The notes below the pieces were generated by a model that saw nothing but the letters and a program-made list of their open reading frames with translations, was not told the DNA's origin and did not search any database. A DNA stretch of 64,000 bases from Octopus vulgaris (taxonomy: Eukaryota). The translations under genes and the position numbers were made by a program. The stretch lies in the NCBI GenBank assembly GCA_951406725.2, contig OX597814.1:78244001-78308000 (forward strand), written 5' to 3'. Below are positions 37,181 to 50,032 of the stretch, piece by piece; position 1 is the stretch's first letter; each line of letters begins with the position of its first letter.

Positions 37181-37894
37181 TGTATGTATGTATATTGCTG
37201 TTATCATTTCGTGAAGTTGACATCTTCAAAAGCAATAGAGGCCCCGGCAAACTTAAATAAGTTACTTCCCTTGGATCACTCCTTATTAGGGCATGTGAAT
37301 TCATTCTTTTTTTTTTTTTTTTCTCTTGATTATGGTATTTTTACGAATTTCATTTTGAATATTATTGAGATTTTAAGCTTATTTATTTACAGATCAGATA
37401 ACTCTACCGTCTTATTGGGTTTCCTACTAATATCTTCCACCTAGTATAACCCAACTGAATTGCTGTTTATACAGCTTAACCTTTTATATTTAACTTGTTT
37501 CACTTATTTGACTGCGACCATGCTGGGGCACCGACTTGGAGAGTTTTAGAAGAACAAATTAATCCCAGTACTTGTTTTTTTCTCAAGTTTGGTGTTCATC
37601 TGTTCGGTCATGACTGACCATAGGATTGCACCTAGAAAGTTACCCTCAGAGATAAAAGTCCAAGCTGCATCATCCTATTGCAGAAACAGCTTAACCTAAT
37701 GAAGTTCATAAGATAATCACTTATTCCTTTGTCATCACTCTTTCTATTTACCACGCTATACTCAGCTAACACTTCCTTCTGAAATATGCAAATTAAGTTC
37801 GACATTAGATTATTGGTCCCGTAAAGCCTAAGCGAAACACACACACATACACATCACACACACACACATGCACACACAGACACACATATATATA

Positions 37895-38160
37895 TCTTTA
37901 TATATAAAAGTGAAGTTGTGTGTCTGTCTCCTACGATTTAGATTCCTAACTACTCCCACATTTTGCGGTGCAGTTTAACCAAAACCGGGTATCTTATAGG
38001 CGTGATTCATATCGAGCCCTTCTGGGTATTAGCGCGAGTCTATCATTTCTTTCCATTTTAATGCATTTTATTCGCTATTATATAAGGGAAGTAACTCTCT
38101 AAAAATGCTTATATAGTTATTTCCCTTACAAACCCGAGTAACGCCGGGCGATACTGCTAG
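37895..38160 (+). mobile_element. Non-autonomous Helitron
   Basis: 5' TC (TCTTTATATATAAAAG). 3' hairpin CCCG-AGTAACGC-CGGG is followed by CTAG. Inserted between A and T with no TSD. Confidence 0.8.
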
Positions 38161-38525
38161 TATATATATAAATAGATAAACGTATTTTTCCCTTGTTAAA
38201 CTCCATTTATTTATTTATATATATATAAATGTATGTATGTATGAATGTGTTTGTATACATATATATATATATATATATAATATGGGGAAAGCCGGTTTAT
38301 GGGATTATCTTATGTTTCCCGTCTGTAAAGAGTTTAGTTTTATGGCGTATCGTCAGATTTCAAAACCTGTTGGTCCAACACCTCTTAAAAATTAGTCTGC
38401 TTCTTTCGATTTTATGTTTCTTACAGACGGTATACATACATACATACATACATACATACATACATACATACATACACACACACATACATACATACATACA
38501 CACACACATACATAACATACATACA

Positions 38526-38559
<34 letters not shown>

Positions 38560-38567
38560 CATACTAC

Positions 38568-38614
<47 letters not shown>

Positions 38615-39061
38615 TGTGTATTTCTTGGTTCGGCTACTGTCTGTGCAACACCTATATACCTTCCTGTGCATGTGAAATCTTGTATCTCTGCCGTCAGGCT
38701 TTACTTTTATACTCACCAGCTTAATTTAATTCTTCCTTAGTCGAAAGACACCTATTGTTATGTCCTGTTATTTGTAATTGTGTAACATTGTCCTTTTTTT
38801 CCGTCGTTGTTCTCGTATACATTCGCTGCTTTCTTCCAAGGAATCTAATGCTCTTAGCTTAGTTTTTGCTTGGGGCTGGCCAGATTGGAGCAATCTCGAG
38901 TATAACCAGTCGAAATTGCAAAGATAATCTCGAACTCTACTGAGGAAAGAAAACTCCGAATGACCCGTCCTTGTTTTCTTTGTATTGTCTATCTGGATGT
39001 TTTGCGTTCTTGTCCAATTTTGTGTATACATATATATATATATATCGTAAATATATGTATA

Positions 39062-39095
<34 letters not shown>

Positions 39096-39103
<8 letters not shown>

Positions 39104-39437
39104 TACTTGGAGGAAACGAAACGAAACGACGCGAGGACGCTCAGTCACACAATAGTGTAATAAATAAAATATATACATACATACATACATATATGTACGT
39201 ACCTACAGCTACATGTATATATACATGCATATATAAATATATATACGTGAGTACAGGACACCACAAATAGACGTAGAACTCAACGAGAAACGAAACGTAA
39301 ATATTTTATTTATTACACTATTGTATGACTGAGCGTCCTCGCGTCGTTTCGTTTCGTTTCCTCCAAGTAAGTTTTTATATATAATTATGACGCGAAACTC
39401 TATAACCCTTTGCTTGACTTTCCCTTCCTTCTTTGTC

Positions 39438-39478
<41 letters not shown>

Positions 39479-40077
39479 TCCTCATCTCTCACACAGCCGC
39501 TTGTCTTCCTCTATCTCTCTCTCTCTCACTCCTCCTCATCTCTCTCACAGCCGGGCGACTACTTCCTTTCGTTTGCGGCCTCCTAACAGTGAACACGTTT
39601 TCCTCCTGCGCTCTTAAGAATCTTTCCTCGTCTTGGCCTAAATGCCCTTATTGTTTGTTTTTATTTCTTGTACTGTATTTTTTTGTCATTGTATTTTTAT
39701 TTTGTATTTTATTTTGTAATTTTATTTGTATCGTTTTTACGTCCTGTTTTTGTCACATTTTTTTCTTTCCTTGTTTTTACTCCTCTGCGAAGGAATTTTA
39801 TTTAATTCTTTCGCAGGAAGGGTTAGTTCGACGAGTCGTGTTCTGTCCTCATTCGAAACACGCATGGAGTCGTACTAGGGACAGCTGATGAAGGGGAATT
39901 TTCCTTGTGTTGTTTATCTTGTACTCTGTGTTTTCGTTGTTAAACAATTGGTCCGTTTCCATGTTTGTTTTTACGTTTTCGTTTCTCGTTGAGTTCTACG
40001 TCTATTTGTGGTGTCCTGTACACACGTATATATATTTATATATGCATGTATATATACATGTAGATGTAGGTACGTAC

Positions 40078-40110
<33 letters not shown>

Positions 40111-40140
40111 TGTATGCATATATTTTATTTATTACACTAT
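39096..40140. repeat. Nested inverted duplications
   Basis: 39096-39172 is inverted at 39300-39380, and ~39150-39300 is inverted at ~39970-40140. Confidence 0.85.
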
Positions 40141-40704
40141 ATATATATATATATAAGTGTGTGTGTATGTGTGTGTGTGTGTGTGTATATACATACGTAT
40201 ATATATTTATACACGACGAGCTCAGCGCAGTTTCCCTCAACTGATTGGCCAGGAGCTATAGGGAAATACGTTTGCCCAAGATTCTGTGCAGTGGGAAATT
40301 GAAACGAAAGCGAGATTCTTAATCACACACCCATGCCTGCATCCATATATATTTTTTTTTTTACTTGTTTCGACCCCGGGACTTATTCTTTGTAAACCCA
40401 GTACTTATTCTATCGGTGTCTTTTGCCGAACCGCTAAGTGACGGGGACGTAAACACACCAGCATCGGTTGTCAAGCAATGCTAGGGGGACAAACACAGAC
40501 ACACAAACACACACATACACACATATATATATATACATATATACGACAGGTTTCTTTCAGTTTCCGTCTACCAAATCCACTCACAAGGCTTTGGTCGGCC
40601 CGAGGCTATAGCAGAAGACACTTGCCCAAGATGCCACGCAGTGGGACTGATCCCGGAACCATGTGGTTGGTTAGCAAGCTACTTACCACACAGCCACTCC
40701 TGCG

Positions 40705-40743
<39 letters not shown>

Positions 40744-40746
<3 letters not shown>

Positions 40747-41604
40747 TCACATCCATATACGATACCCGAGGACAGTCTGTTTCTGGATTTGTGGGTAAAA
40801 CGCCACTTTTCCTTCATCAGCTCAGAGATTTCTTCTGATTTAGATTTGAAAATACTAAGAATCAAACATACCCGTCCGATATCTGTAACATCGGACAAAC
40901 CATGCCAGACACCCAGTACTAGCGAATTCGACCAAGCAGTATTCGGTATGTAAAGACTGAAGAAATAGCCAAACTTTTGGCTGCTATTTCTGAAAAATTC
41001 GGTGTGTGGTAAAGTGAATTTTTTACTTTACCATATTTTTATAAATTAATACTTCAAATATACCGTAAATGGTCTTTACATACCGAATACTGCTTGGTCG
41101 AATTTATTAACAATTAATTAATTCTACCCCTTTTTTGATGACAATATAATGCTTTCTCTCCAAGAATTTGAACTGCAGTTTTTACCTCTGTAGAAATGTA
41201 ATGCTCTATGACTCACGTGGGTGGACAGGGAGAATAATAGATCTCATTCGTATTTTTGGATTCGCTAGTACTGGGTGTCTGGCATGGTTTGTCCGATGTT
41301 ACAGATATCGGACGGGTATGTTTGATTCTTAGTATTTTCAAATCTAAATCAGAAGAAATCTCTGAGCTGATGAAGGAAAAGTGGCGTTTTACCCACAAAT
41401 CCAGAAACAGACTGTCCTCGGGTATCGTATATGGATGTGATCTTTCATTGTTTTTCCCTTATACCTATGTGAGTTATTTTCTGAGTATGCATTGTCTGGA
41501 GACTTTTATTTGCAGTTGAAGAAATAGCCAAACTTTTGGCTGCTATTTCTGAAAAATTCGGTGTGTGGTAAAGTGAATTTTTTACTTTACCATATTTTTA
41601 TAAA

Positions 41605-41610
<6 letters not shown>
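40744..41610. repeat. Complex inverted/direct duplication
   Basis: 40744-40928 is the reverse complement of ~41260-41443. 40925-40957 is inverted at ~41073-41103. 40959-41051 is directly repeated at 41517-41609. Confidence 0.9.
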
Positions 41611-41655
<45 letters not shown>

Positions 41656-42099
41656 AATACCAATTACTATCATTATAGACATCTACACCACAAACTTTTA
41701 CACATGCACTCACATAGCGCACGTACATACATACATACATACATACATACATACATACATACATACATACATACATACATACATTAATATACACTCATAC
41801 TCGGATGGGCCTATGCATGCGCGATAATAGATTTTTGCAATATTATTTAATATTATTTTACATACTGTGATAAGCTCGAATAGGCAAACTCGGGGTCAGT
41901 AATCTGAGTTTCAGAGGAAATCTGAAATCATATATCATACTTCAGTTTGTTTTTTCTTGTTTTTACTTATTACAAATGTGTTACAGTTAGGATTGTAATA
42001 TATATTTATATATATTTATATATATTCCCCGGGGTAAAGATGTTCTATTTAAACGCCTTATTACTCTGATATATAAAAAAAAGCAATTTCGTTATAACT

Positions 42100-42340
42100 C
42101 CCACAAAAGGTGTATTTTGACCTTTAAATTTTGGGGAAAAAATGCGGATTATCCTCGAGGGTTTACGGTAATCGATTTTGAAGTTTAAATGTAGTCGCTC
42201 GGCTGTGAGGTCGAGTGGCTTCGTTCCATTTTTCATTTTCATTGTATAATTCATCCTTTTTCATTCGTTTCGTTTGTCTCCATTTTTGTGTTTGTCCGTG
42301 TATTCCCTCCATGTTTAGCCCCTTGTGTGCAATAAAGAAA
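42100..42340 (+). mobile_element. 3' end of a Tx1/L1-type LINE (decayed)
   Basis: T-rich 3' UTR ending TTTAGCCCCTTGTGTGCAATAAAGAAA, the same tail as at 18004-18060 (-) and 47690-47755. Confidence 0.55.
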
Positions 42341-42363
42341 TCGAAATTTACCAAGGAGGACGT

Positions 42364-42448
42364 CATCCTAATGAAGGGGACATTACATATATGTAGTATT
42401 TGATTTTTAACCATGACCGGTAATGTACCCTTGAAACGGCCGTAGATG
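42364..42448 (+). ncRNA. Hammerhead motif with one core substitution (CTAATGA)
   Basis: CATC-CTAATGA-AGGGGACATTAC..GTAATGTACCCTT-GAAAC-GGCC-GTA-GATG. All three stems are complementary. Confidence 0.65.
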
Positions 42449-42958
42449 GAACATCCTCCAATTTTGGGGTCCTATTTTATTTATGTTTTTTTAACCTTGA
42501 TATCTAATCTAATTTCTATCCTATATTTTATATGTATAAGTGATTTTTAGACGATTTAGTCGGTTTGCCATTTAAAAGATTGACGCTTTTATTCCTATAT
42601 TTATCAACCTCTCATTTGTTTTACACCTCCTATACTCACCACGCATAACTCCTTACATGTAATATATATTTACATATAATTTTATGTATTTTTATATATT
42701 TTTCTATTTCTTCTATATTTTTATGTTGTTTGGTTTTAATCTTTATACTCTTGGAGAATCTTAATACCTGTACCTGCATGAGTTATGTTGAGGTGTATAA
42801 ATATATATGATTCAACTACTTTGGTTGAATGTTTTCATTTATGCGTTCGGGAATCTGACTGCCTAAAATTTGCGTTTCAATTTTCTCTACCCTATATTTT
42901 TTCGCATTGGCTCCCTGTGTGCACTCCGTAAACAACCCATACATTTTAAAACATATCT

Positions 42959-43018
<60 letters not shown>

Positions 43019-43659
43019 ATTGTGTCTGTCTTTGTGCTTGTCTTTGTCCGCCACTGCCGCTTGACAACCGACGTTGGTATGTAACTTAGCAGTTCAACAT
43101 AAGAAACCGATAGATTAATGACCAGACTTTAAAAAAAATAAGTCCTGGGATCGATTTCTTCGACTAAAACCCTTTAAAGTGGTGCCCCAGCATGATCGCA
43201 GTCTAAAAACTTAAACAAGTAAAAGATAACATACACACACACACACGCACACACACACGCGCACGCACACGCGCACACACACACACACACACACATGCAC
43301 ATGTATATAAATGGAGGAGGAGAGAGAGGGAGAGAGAGAGCGCGTGGTGAACCGTGAGTGACTGTTTTTCATTTTCTTTTGGAGATTTTTCTTTCCTAAA
43401 ACAACCTTATAGAAAAGATTCGCGACACTTTGATGAGAAAGCCTGTGTTGAGTGAAAATGGCGAAGTAGCTACATGTCCCAACGGATTTTCATTTTCTAG
43501 TCTTTCTCATAATTAGAGCCCAAAGGAACTAGTGACAGTTTGCGTCGGCGCAAACAAAAAATATAGAAGTTAATTAAGTCTGTGAAGTTTATGACTTAAT
43601 CTAAGATTTTCGACTTAAATTTAGATATTGGAAAGCTATGTAAATAAAGTAATATATTC

Positions 43660-43990
43660 TTTCTAATTTGGGTGCAAGACTAGCAATTTTAGAGATGGAT
43701 GTGGAAGACAAAGCGATTTCATCGACCACGGTGCTTGACTGGTACTTATTTGATCGATACCCCCAGAACGTAAAGATTGCTTTCAAATTTTAGCACAAGG
43801 CTAGCAACATCGGGGGAGCGGGGAGCCGATTACAACGACCCCAGTACTCAACTGGCAGTTATAGTATTGACCCCGAAAGGATGAAAGGAAAAGTCGACCT
43901 CTGCGGAATTTGAACTCTGAACGTAAAGACAGACGAAACGCCGCTAAGCTTTTTGCTCAGCGTGCTTACGATTCTGCCAGATCACCGCCT
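43660..43990 (-). mobile_element. Nin/Deu-type SINE copies. Further copies at 9640-9810(+), 52480-53080 (three tandem), 53485-53700 and 62805-62875
   Basis: GACCCCGAAAGGATGAAAGG.AAAGTCGACCTC.GCGGAATTTGAACTC..AACGTAAAGAC..GATTCTGCCAG. Confidence 0.88.
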
Positions 43991-44595
43991 TAAAGTAAAT
44001 GTACTTGAAGGCATTATAAAACCAAGAAGAGGAAGAAACTCACTGAAAAGTCTTGAATTATGCATGTGTCACTTGGAGTAGCTAATATCATATTATATTT
44101 AAAATTTTAGCAATTAATTTGTTAGTAATTTGTTTCATGAATTTTCACATCGTAAACATGAAATAGAGGCTGAGATATGTTAAACATAAATAATTTCTAT
44201 ATAGTTTGTAATAGAAATATTTTAGATAGAGAGCTTAATCTATCTTGCGACGCTAAGTATACCACTAATCATGTGGAGAAAAAAGTCAGAAGAAACATAT
44301 ATTAATTTGGGAGGGTAAAGTAGCAATAGATATATAATGAGCATTAAATCAGCGGCCCTGTTTCTCTTTTTCTGCTTCAAATTTATGTTTATAAAACCAG
44401 TTTCATAGTATACAAGTACTTATGTACTTTTCAGGCCCTATGAATTACTGCTTCCTAATTCAATTTTCGTACCCTAAAAATTTAGACATGCCTATATATT
44501 TTACTAAACAGCATTAAACCTCATGAAATGTATGCATTTATGTCTTCGTTTTGCATCTAATTTTGGTGCACGCAATGTTATAAAATGCATGAAGG

Positions 44596-44604
44596 ATAAT
44601 AATG

Positions 44605-44654
<50 letters not shown>

Positions 44655-44839
44655 TAGAAGAAGAAGAAGAAGAAGAAGAAGAAGAAGAAGAAGAAGAAGA
44701 AGAAGAAGAAGAAGATGAAGAAGAAGAAGAAGATGAAGAAGAAGAAGAAGATGAAGAAGAAGAAGAAGAAGAAGAAGAAGAAGAAGAAGAAGAAGAAGAA
44801 GAAGAAGAAGAAGAAGAAGAAGAAGAAGAAGAAGAAGAA
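44596..44839. repeat. (AAT)n followed by (GAA)n microsatellite
   Basis: Visible runs. Source of the poly-S, poly-L and poly-F ORFs. Confidence 0.98.
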
Positions 44840-45732
44840 CTGCGTTGTATACAAACATTGCCTTTATACATTGCAGCTTTGACTTGAGTAGGCTAGAATA
44901 GAATTGTTTATTTACGAAAATGAATGATGAAAATCATCTATGTGTGCGAAACATTATCTCTGCAGATGGAAATCTACAGGTGGTAACGCCATTCACTGAA
45001 TAATGTAATTATACAAAAGCATGCCCTAATAGCCTGTAGTATATATTGCCCAAAACGTACAAAACATAAAAACGACAATGTTAATTCAAATAAAGTAATG
45101 CAGTATTGCTTTCTAAAGCTAATAAAACAGAATAAGACATGGAATATTATTGACCGTTTAAAAACCAGTCAAGCTTACTCTTCCCCAAAAAATCTACAGT
45201 ATGTTTAATCATTAAAGATAGTAACAACATTAAATAACATGTTGGTAATGGAGGAAATATGTCAATGAGAATTATGTCCAGGTAAACGATGCATAGTGAT
45301 GGGAAATGGAGAGTTAATTAAAAGTATGCTTTGAAGACCAGCAGAGAAAAATGCTCCTACATTTCAAGATAATCTTCTAGTCAAACACTTTAAAACACTA
45401 GATCATTGAAAGATATGTCTAAAGGAATGCTCAAACAAATAACCATGGGTTACTGTAGCTTTGCTTCAAAATTCTGTGTCCCAGAATTAGTTATCAGTTT
45501 CAGTGAAATCAGACATTTTTTTTTTTAAATCCATTTTATTTATGTTTATCATATTTAATGTGTTAAAAGTAGATACATCTTTTATTTTGCTTATAATTTT
45601 ATTTTCATTTCTGTGAGACCCCTTGTGATGAGAATCACGACACCCCCTTGTGAGAAATACACTGGACCGAACTATTATAAATAGTGGCGATCGGCGTGAA
45701 GTTTGCATGTTCTAGTTGAGTTAGCAGTGAAG

Positions 45733-47755
45733 GGTGCTTGCTGCCATGATTAAAACGATTTCTTCGCTTGAATTCACTCTACGTATTGTTGTTTAAATTG
45801 GCCTAGTGTTCTTTGAACACTGGCTTTCGCTGCCTTGCGGCAGGCTAGTTGTGCTTTCCCTCCTCATAGAGGAGGATAAGCCAAGTAAAAAATGGAAGAA
45901 ATCAGCTCAGCAGAAAATAGCTACACTGAGGTGTCCGACTCTGAGCAGTTGGACACTTTGTGGGTCAAAAGGAATGAAAGAAGCTTCGCAGGAGTGACTA
46001 AAGTGTCAGAAAATAATGTGGATGTGAAAAGTGGAAGAAATACTCCAAAATGATGAAAAAGGACGGAACAAAGGTGGACATAAACGCGTCAATTGATAAA
46101 ATACCGAGATGTACGGTAGTGTATAAAACACACTCAGTGGCCGAAGGAAGAATTAAAGAGATGACGACGACCCAAGTGGAGAAGGTACTAAGGCCTGTAA
46201 GGAAGGATATTAGGTATTTAACAAGAGGCAGTAAATTTGGTACAATTAAAGTCCAATTTAATGATGTAGGCAGTGCAAGTTTGAACTCGTCAACAATATT
46301 AAAGAACGAGGAAGTAGTGATGTTACCAATATATAGTAGAAGGAGTGCCAGAAGGGTTAACGTAGAGGGAATCACCCCGGACGTCAACGTGGCCTGGATA
46401 GTAACTGCAGTCTTGCTTGGTAACAAGGAAGAAATGGAGGCTCTCCAGACCACCAAAACGGAAGCAAGGAACTGGAAAGGGCAATCCTTAAATATGGTGA
46501 TATGGGTACCGAATGATGTAATACAAGAGTTGCCGGAAACAATAGTGTTAGAAGACACAACAATGGTAGCCAGAGTAGAGGACAGGATACCCAGATGCTA
46601 CAAGTGTTGCCAGAAAGGTCACATTAGAGTAAACTGCCCTCTATAAGGAAAAAAGGAAGAACCGGTAAGAGAAAAGGAGAAAATAATACCATCAGCAGAA
46701 ATAGAAAAGAAGTAAGCGGAACAGAAGGCGAATGGGTGACACCAGGGAAGAAAAGGAAGAGGAAAAGGAGGAAACCAGGTAAAATAAATACTGAAATCCA
46801 CCCCACCCAACTCCCACCTACACCCTCTTCTTCCCATCCGTTCCCTACAGACTCTGAACCTACCCGCCTCCCTCCAACACGAAAACAAACACAGTCAAAC
46901 ACAAATAATTCAACCTCCCCTCCCCCGGAAAAAAAGGAAGAAAGGAAACTATGTAATGATGTATGATAACCCAAATAAAAATTTGTATTAAGAAATAAGA
47001 AAGTGGAAGGACATTAGAGCGGTGGACACTCGCAAGTTCAACAACGTGCAAGGGTGGCATGGCTGCCTGTTGTTGGACGAGAACCAAAGGGAGAAAGTTC
47101 TAAAATTCAAAAAAGGATTTACAATATGACAAGTCGATCTGGACACTCAAAATTTGCCAGGAAATATGAACTACACGTTTCTACTGCAAGAGTACGGGGT
47201 GGATATTTTAGAAGGCTCTGGATTAAAAAGGAAAAATGAACAGAGATGCAAGAGTGGCTGTATGGTAAGTAGTTTGCTTACCAACTACTCTAGCCTCGGG
47301 CTGACCAATGCCTTGTGAGTGGATTTGGTAGACGGAAACTGAAGGAAGCCCGTCGTATATATGTGTATATATATATGTGTGTGTGTATGTTTGCGTGTCC
47401 GTGTTTGTCTCCCTAGCACTGCTTGACAACTGGTGTGTTTATGTCCCCGTCACTTAGCGGTTCGGCCAAAGAGACCGATAGAATAAGTACTAGGCTTACA
47501 AAGAATAAGTCTTGGGGTCGATTTGTTCGACTAAAGGCGGTGCTCCAGCATGGCCACAGTCAAATGGCTGAAACAAGTAAAAGAGTAAAAGAGAGGTAAA
47601 AATGAAGTAACTCAGATGTGGGGCTGAGGATTCCATTTCTCATCTTCATTTTATCATTCATTATAACATACGTTTATTTTCTTTTATTTGTTTTGTGTCC
47701 CCACGTCTTTGTGTTGTCCCCTCTGTGTTGGCCCCTTGTGGGTAATAAAAAAAAG
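45733..47755 (+). mobile_element. ORF1-only non-autonomous non-LTR element (Tx1/L1-like) with 19-bp TSD and A-tail
   Basis: TSD AGTTGAGTTAGCAGTGAAG at 45714-45732 and 47756-47774. Tail GCCCCTTGTGGGTAATAAAAAAAA. ORF1 carries a CCHC knuckle. No EN/RT motifs inside. Confidence 0.85.
46050..46646 (+). pseudogene. Gag-like ORF1 of a non-LTR element (RRM-like region plus CX2CX4HX4C knuckle)
   Basis: RIPRCYKCCQKGHIRVNCP. Preceded by RG..FGTIKVQF and followed, after a premature stop, by a basic WVTPGKKRKRKRR and P/T-rich tail. Confidence 0.75.
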
Positions 47756-48189
47756 AGTTGAGTTAGCAGTGAAGTCAGAAGGTTGGTTAGTTCGTCTGGA
47801 ATATTGATTGTTGGTTCATGAAGAGATTGATAGATTGTTACATTGTTGTTATGGTTACATTGTTATCTTGTTTATTGTTACAACATTGATACAATGTATC
47901 AAAACCATCCGTCACAATATCGTGGCGGCACCACGACATTGGAAACGGAGGATACAACATCTGGCGACGAATGTTTCATAGCTCACGTAGGTTATTTAAC
48001 AATTTGTTCATGATACTTGTTAAATAGTGGAAGACCTATTAGCTTCTATAATACAGTTGCAAAAGCAACAACAAGAACAGCAATAGGAATCGCAGAAGCA
48101 ACTAGTACAGCAACAACTACAACAACAACAATTATTGGAGCTATACACAAAGAAGTCCGAAAATGCAGTAAGTTCATTTTCGCGAGACG

Positions 48190-50030
48190 GCGTATCGAAC
48201 TGCATAACAGAATTCAATTAGAACCCAGAAGAGGGTATGACTTTTGCAGCGTACTACAGAAGGCACGAGAAGATTTTTAAGGAAGATTCCAAAACATGGT
48301 CGGGCGAAGAAAAAGTAATGTTATTATTACGTAACTTAGCTCCGTTTGAGCATGAACGATACTGTAATTTTATATTGCCCAAAAGCTCTTGTGAAATTTG
48401 TTTTCAGGAACCAATCAAATTACTGTCTAATATGTTCGGTGATAAAACTTCTCTACTTAACACTCGAATGGAGTGTTGGAATTTGACTAAAAAAGAGGAC
48501 GATGACATTACTACGTATGCAGGAACAGTCAACAGAATGTGCGAAAGTTTTAAATTTAAAGAACTTACTCCTGAGATGTTCAAGTGCCTCATTTTTGTAC
48601 AAGGCCTAACAGCAAATGAAGATACAGAAATACGGGCAAGAATTCTTTCAAAACTTGAACAAACGAACCAAGATTTAACCCGGCAGACTGTTGCAGAAGA
48701 GTGTCGAAGGATGGTGAAATTCAAACATGGTGTTAGAAAAAAAATCAAGGAAAGGATTTCTCAAAAATACAGATATGTCGACCGAAAAAGTATAACCAAA
48801 GAAGATTGCTAGGTCCTAATCCGTGTTACAGATGTGGAGGCCTACATTTCAGAAAAGATTGTCCTTTTAAAAACCAAAAATGTTACAGCTGTAAAACAAT
48901 TTGGACACAAGAGTTCTCACTGCTGAACAAAAGTATGAAGGTAAATGTAAAAACGTCTAAAGTGCTCTCAGTAGAAAGTAAAATCGACTCCCAAATAAGG
49001 AAATTTGTACACGTAAAAGTAAACGGAGTAAATATTAAATTACAACTGGATACTGGTAGTGACATTTCAATCATCAACACCGACACGTGGAAGAAAATAG
49101 GGAAAATCATGTCAAGAAAAACAGCAAAAACTGCACGTGATAAACTACACTTTGTAGGCGAAATGTGGAATGACGTCACATTTCGAGGAAATACTTGCAA
49201 GGCGAAGGTATTCGTAATAAAGAGCGCTACCAATCTGTTTGGTACCGACTGGTTGGAGTTATTTGATTTATGGGATCTCACCATAAGTTTCTACTGCAAA
49301 AACATAATTGGCTGTCCCTCTAAAACTAAGCCGTCTGAGGAATTGAAGAGAAAATTTAAAAAGTACTGTCGGATGAGTTAGGTCTACGTAAAAAGACTGA
49401 AGCGTGTTTTCAATTGAAGGAAAACGCTGTGCCAGAATTCAAATCTAATAGAAAAGTACCGTTCGCTGCAATAAAAAATGTAGATGAATAGTTAGAAAGA
49501 CTGGAAAAATGTGGAATTATTTGAAAAGTGGATTACTCTAAATGGGTAGCAACTACTGTGTGTATATAAAAAAAATAACAAAATTAGGCTGTGTATCGAT
49601 TTTTCTACGAGCCTGAATGGCGGTTTAAAGACATATCACTTCCTACTCTTGAAGATATTTTTGCAAAATTAAATGGTGGCAAAATATTCTCGAAATTAGA
49701 TTTGTCTGAGGCGTATCTGCAAATAAAGATTGACAAAAGAATGCTCAAAGCTTCTAACAATAAATACACACAAAGGATTGTACAGATATAATAGACTGTC
49801 TTTTTGTCTGTGGTCGCACCCGCAATATTTCAGCAGGTTATAGATGCGGTGTTGGCGGACTGTCAATTCGTAATTCTATACCTTGATGACATATTGATTA
49901 AAAGTAATACGCGTGATTAGCATGTTGGGCATATAAAAGCTGTGGTTGAAAAAATAAGAGACTACAGGTTAACTTTGAGTGAGGAGAAATGTGAGTTCTT
50001 TTTGCCAAAAATCAAATACTTAGGGTAAAT
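48190..50030 (+). pseudogene. Gypsy gag-protease-RT (frameshifted, with stops)
   Basis: ORFs 48237..48812, 48806..49381 and 49591..49791, plus YLDDILI at ~49878-49898. Confidence 0.9.
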
Positions 50031-50032
50031 TA

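Larger units (their letters stand above)
45665..50030 (+). mobile_element. Ty3/Gypsy (Mag-like) LTR retrotransposon relic with 5' LTR split by a nested insertion and RT truncated by Chapaev3
   Basis: The LTR ends ..ATACAACA at 47959, followed by PBS TGGCGACGA (tRNA-Ser type) at 47962. Then gag (TFAAYYRRHE..LLRNL..HERYCNFILP), zinc knuckles CYRCGGLHFRKDCPFKNQKCYSC, protease LQLDTGSDISII, and RT FSKLDLSEAYLQI and YLDDILI. Confidence 0.9.

Noticed and set aside
44538-44871. Poly-Leu, poly-Ser and poly-Phe ORFs
   Set aside because: They derive from (GAA)n and (AAT)n microsatellites.
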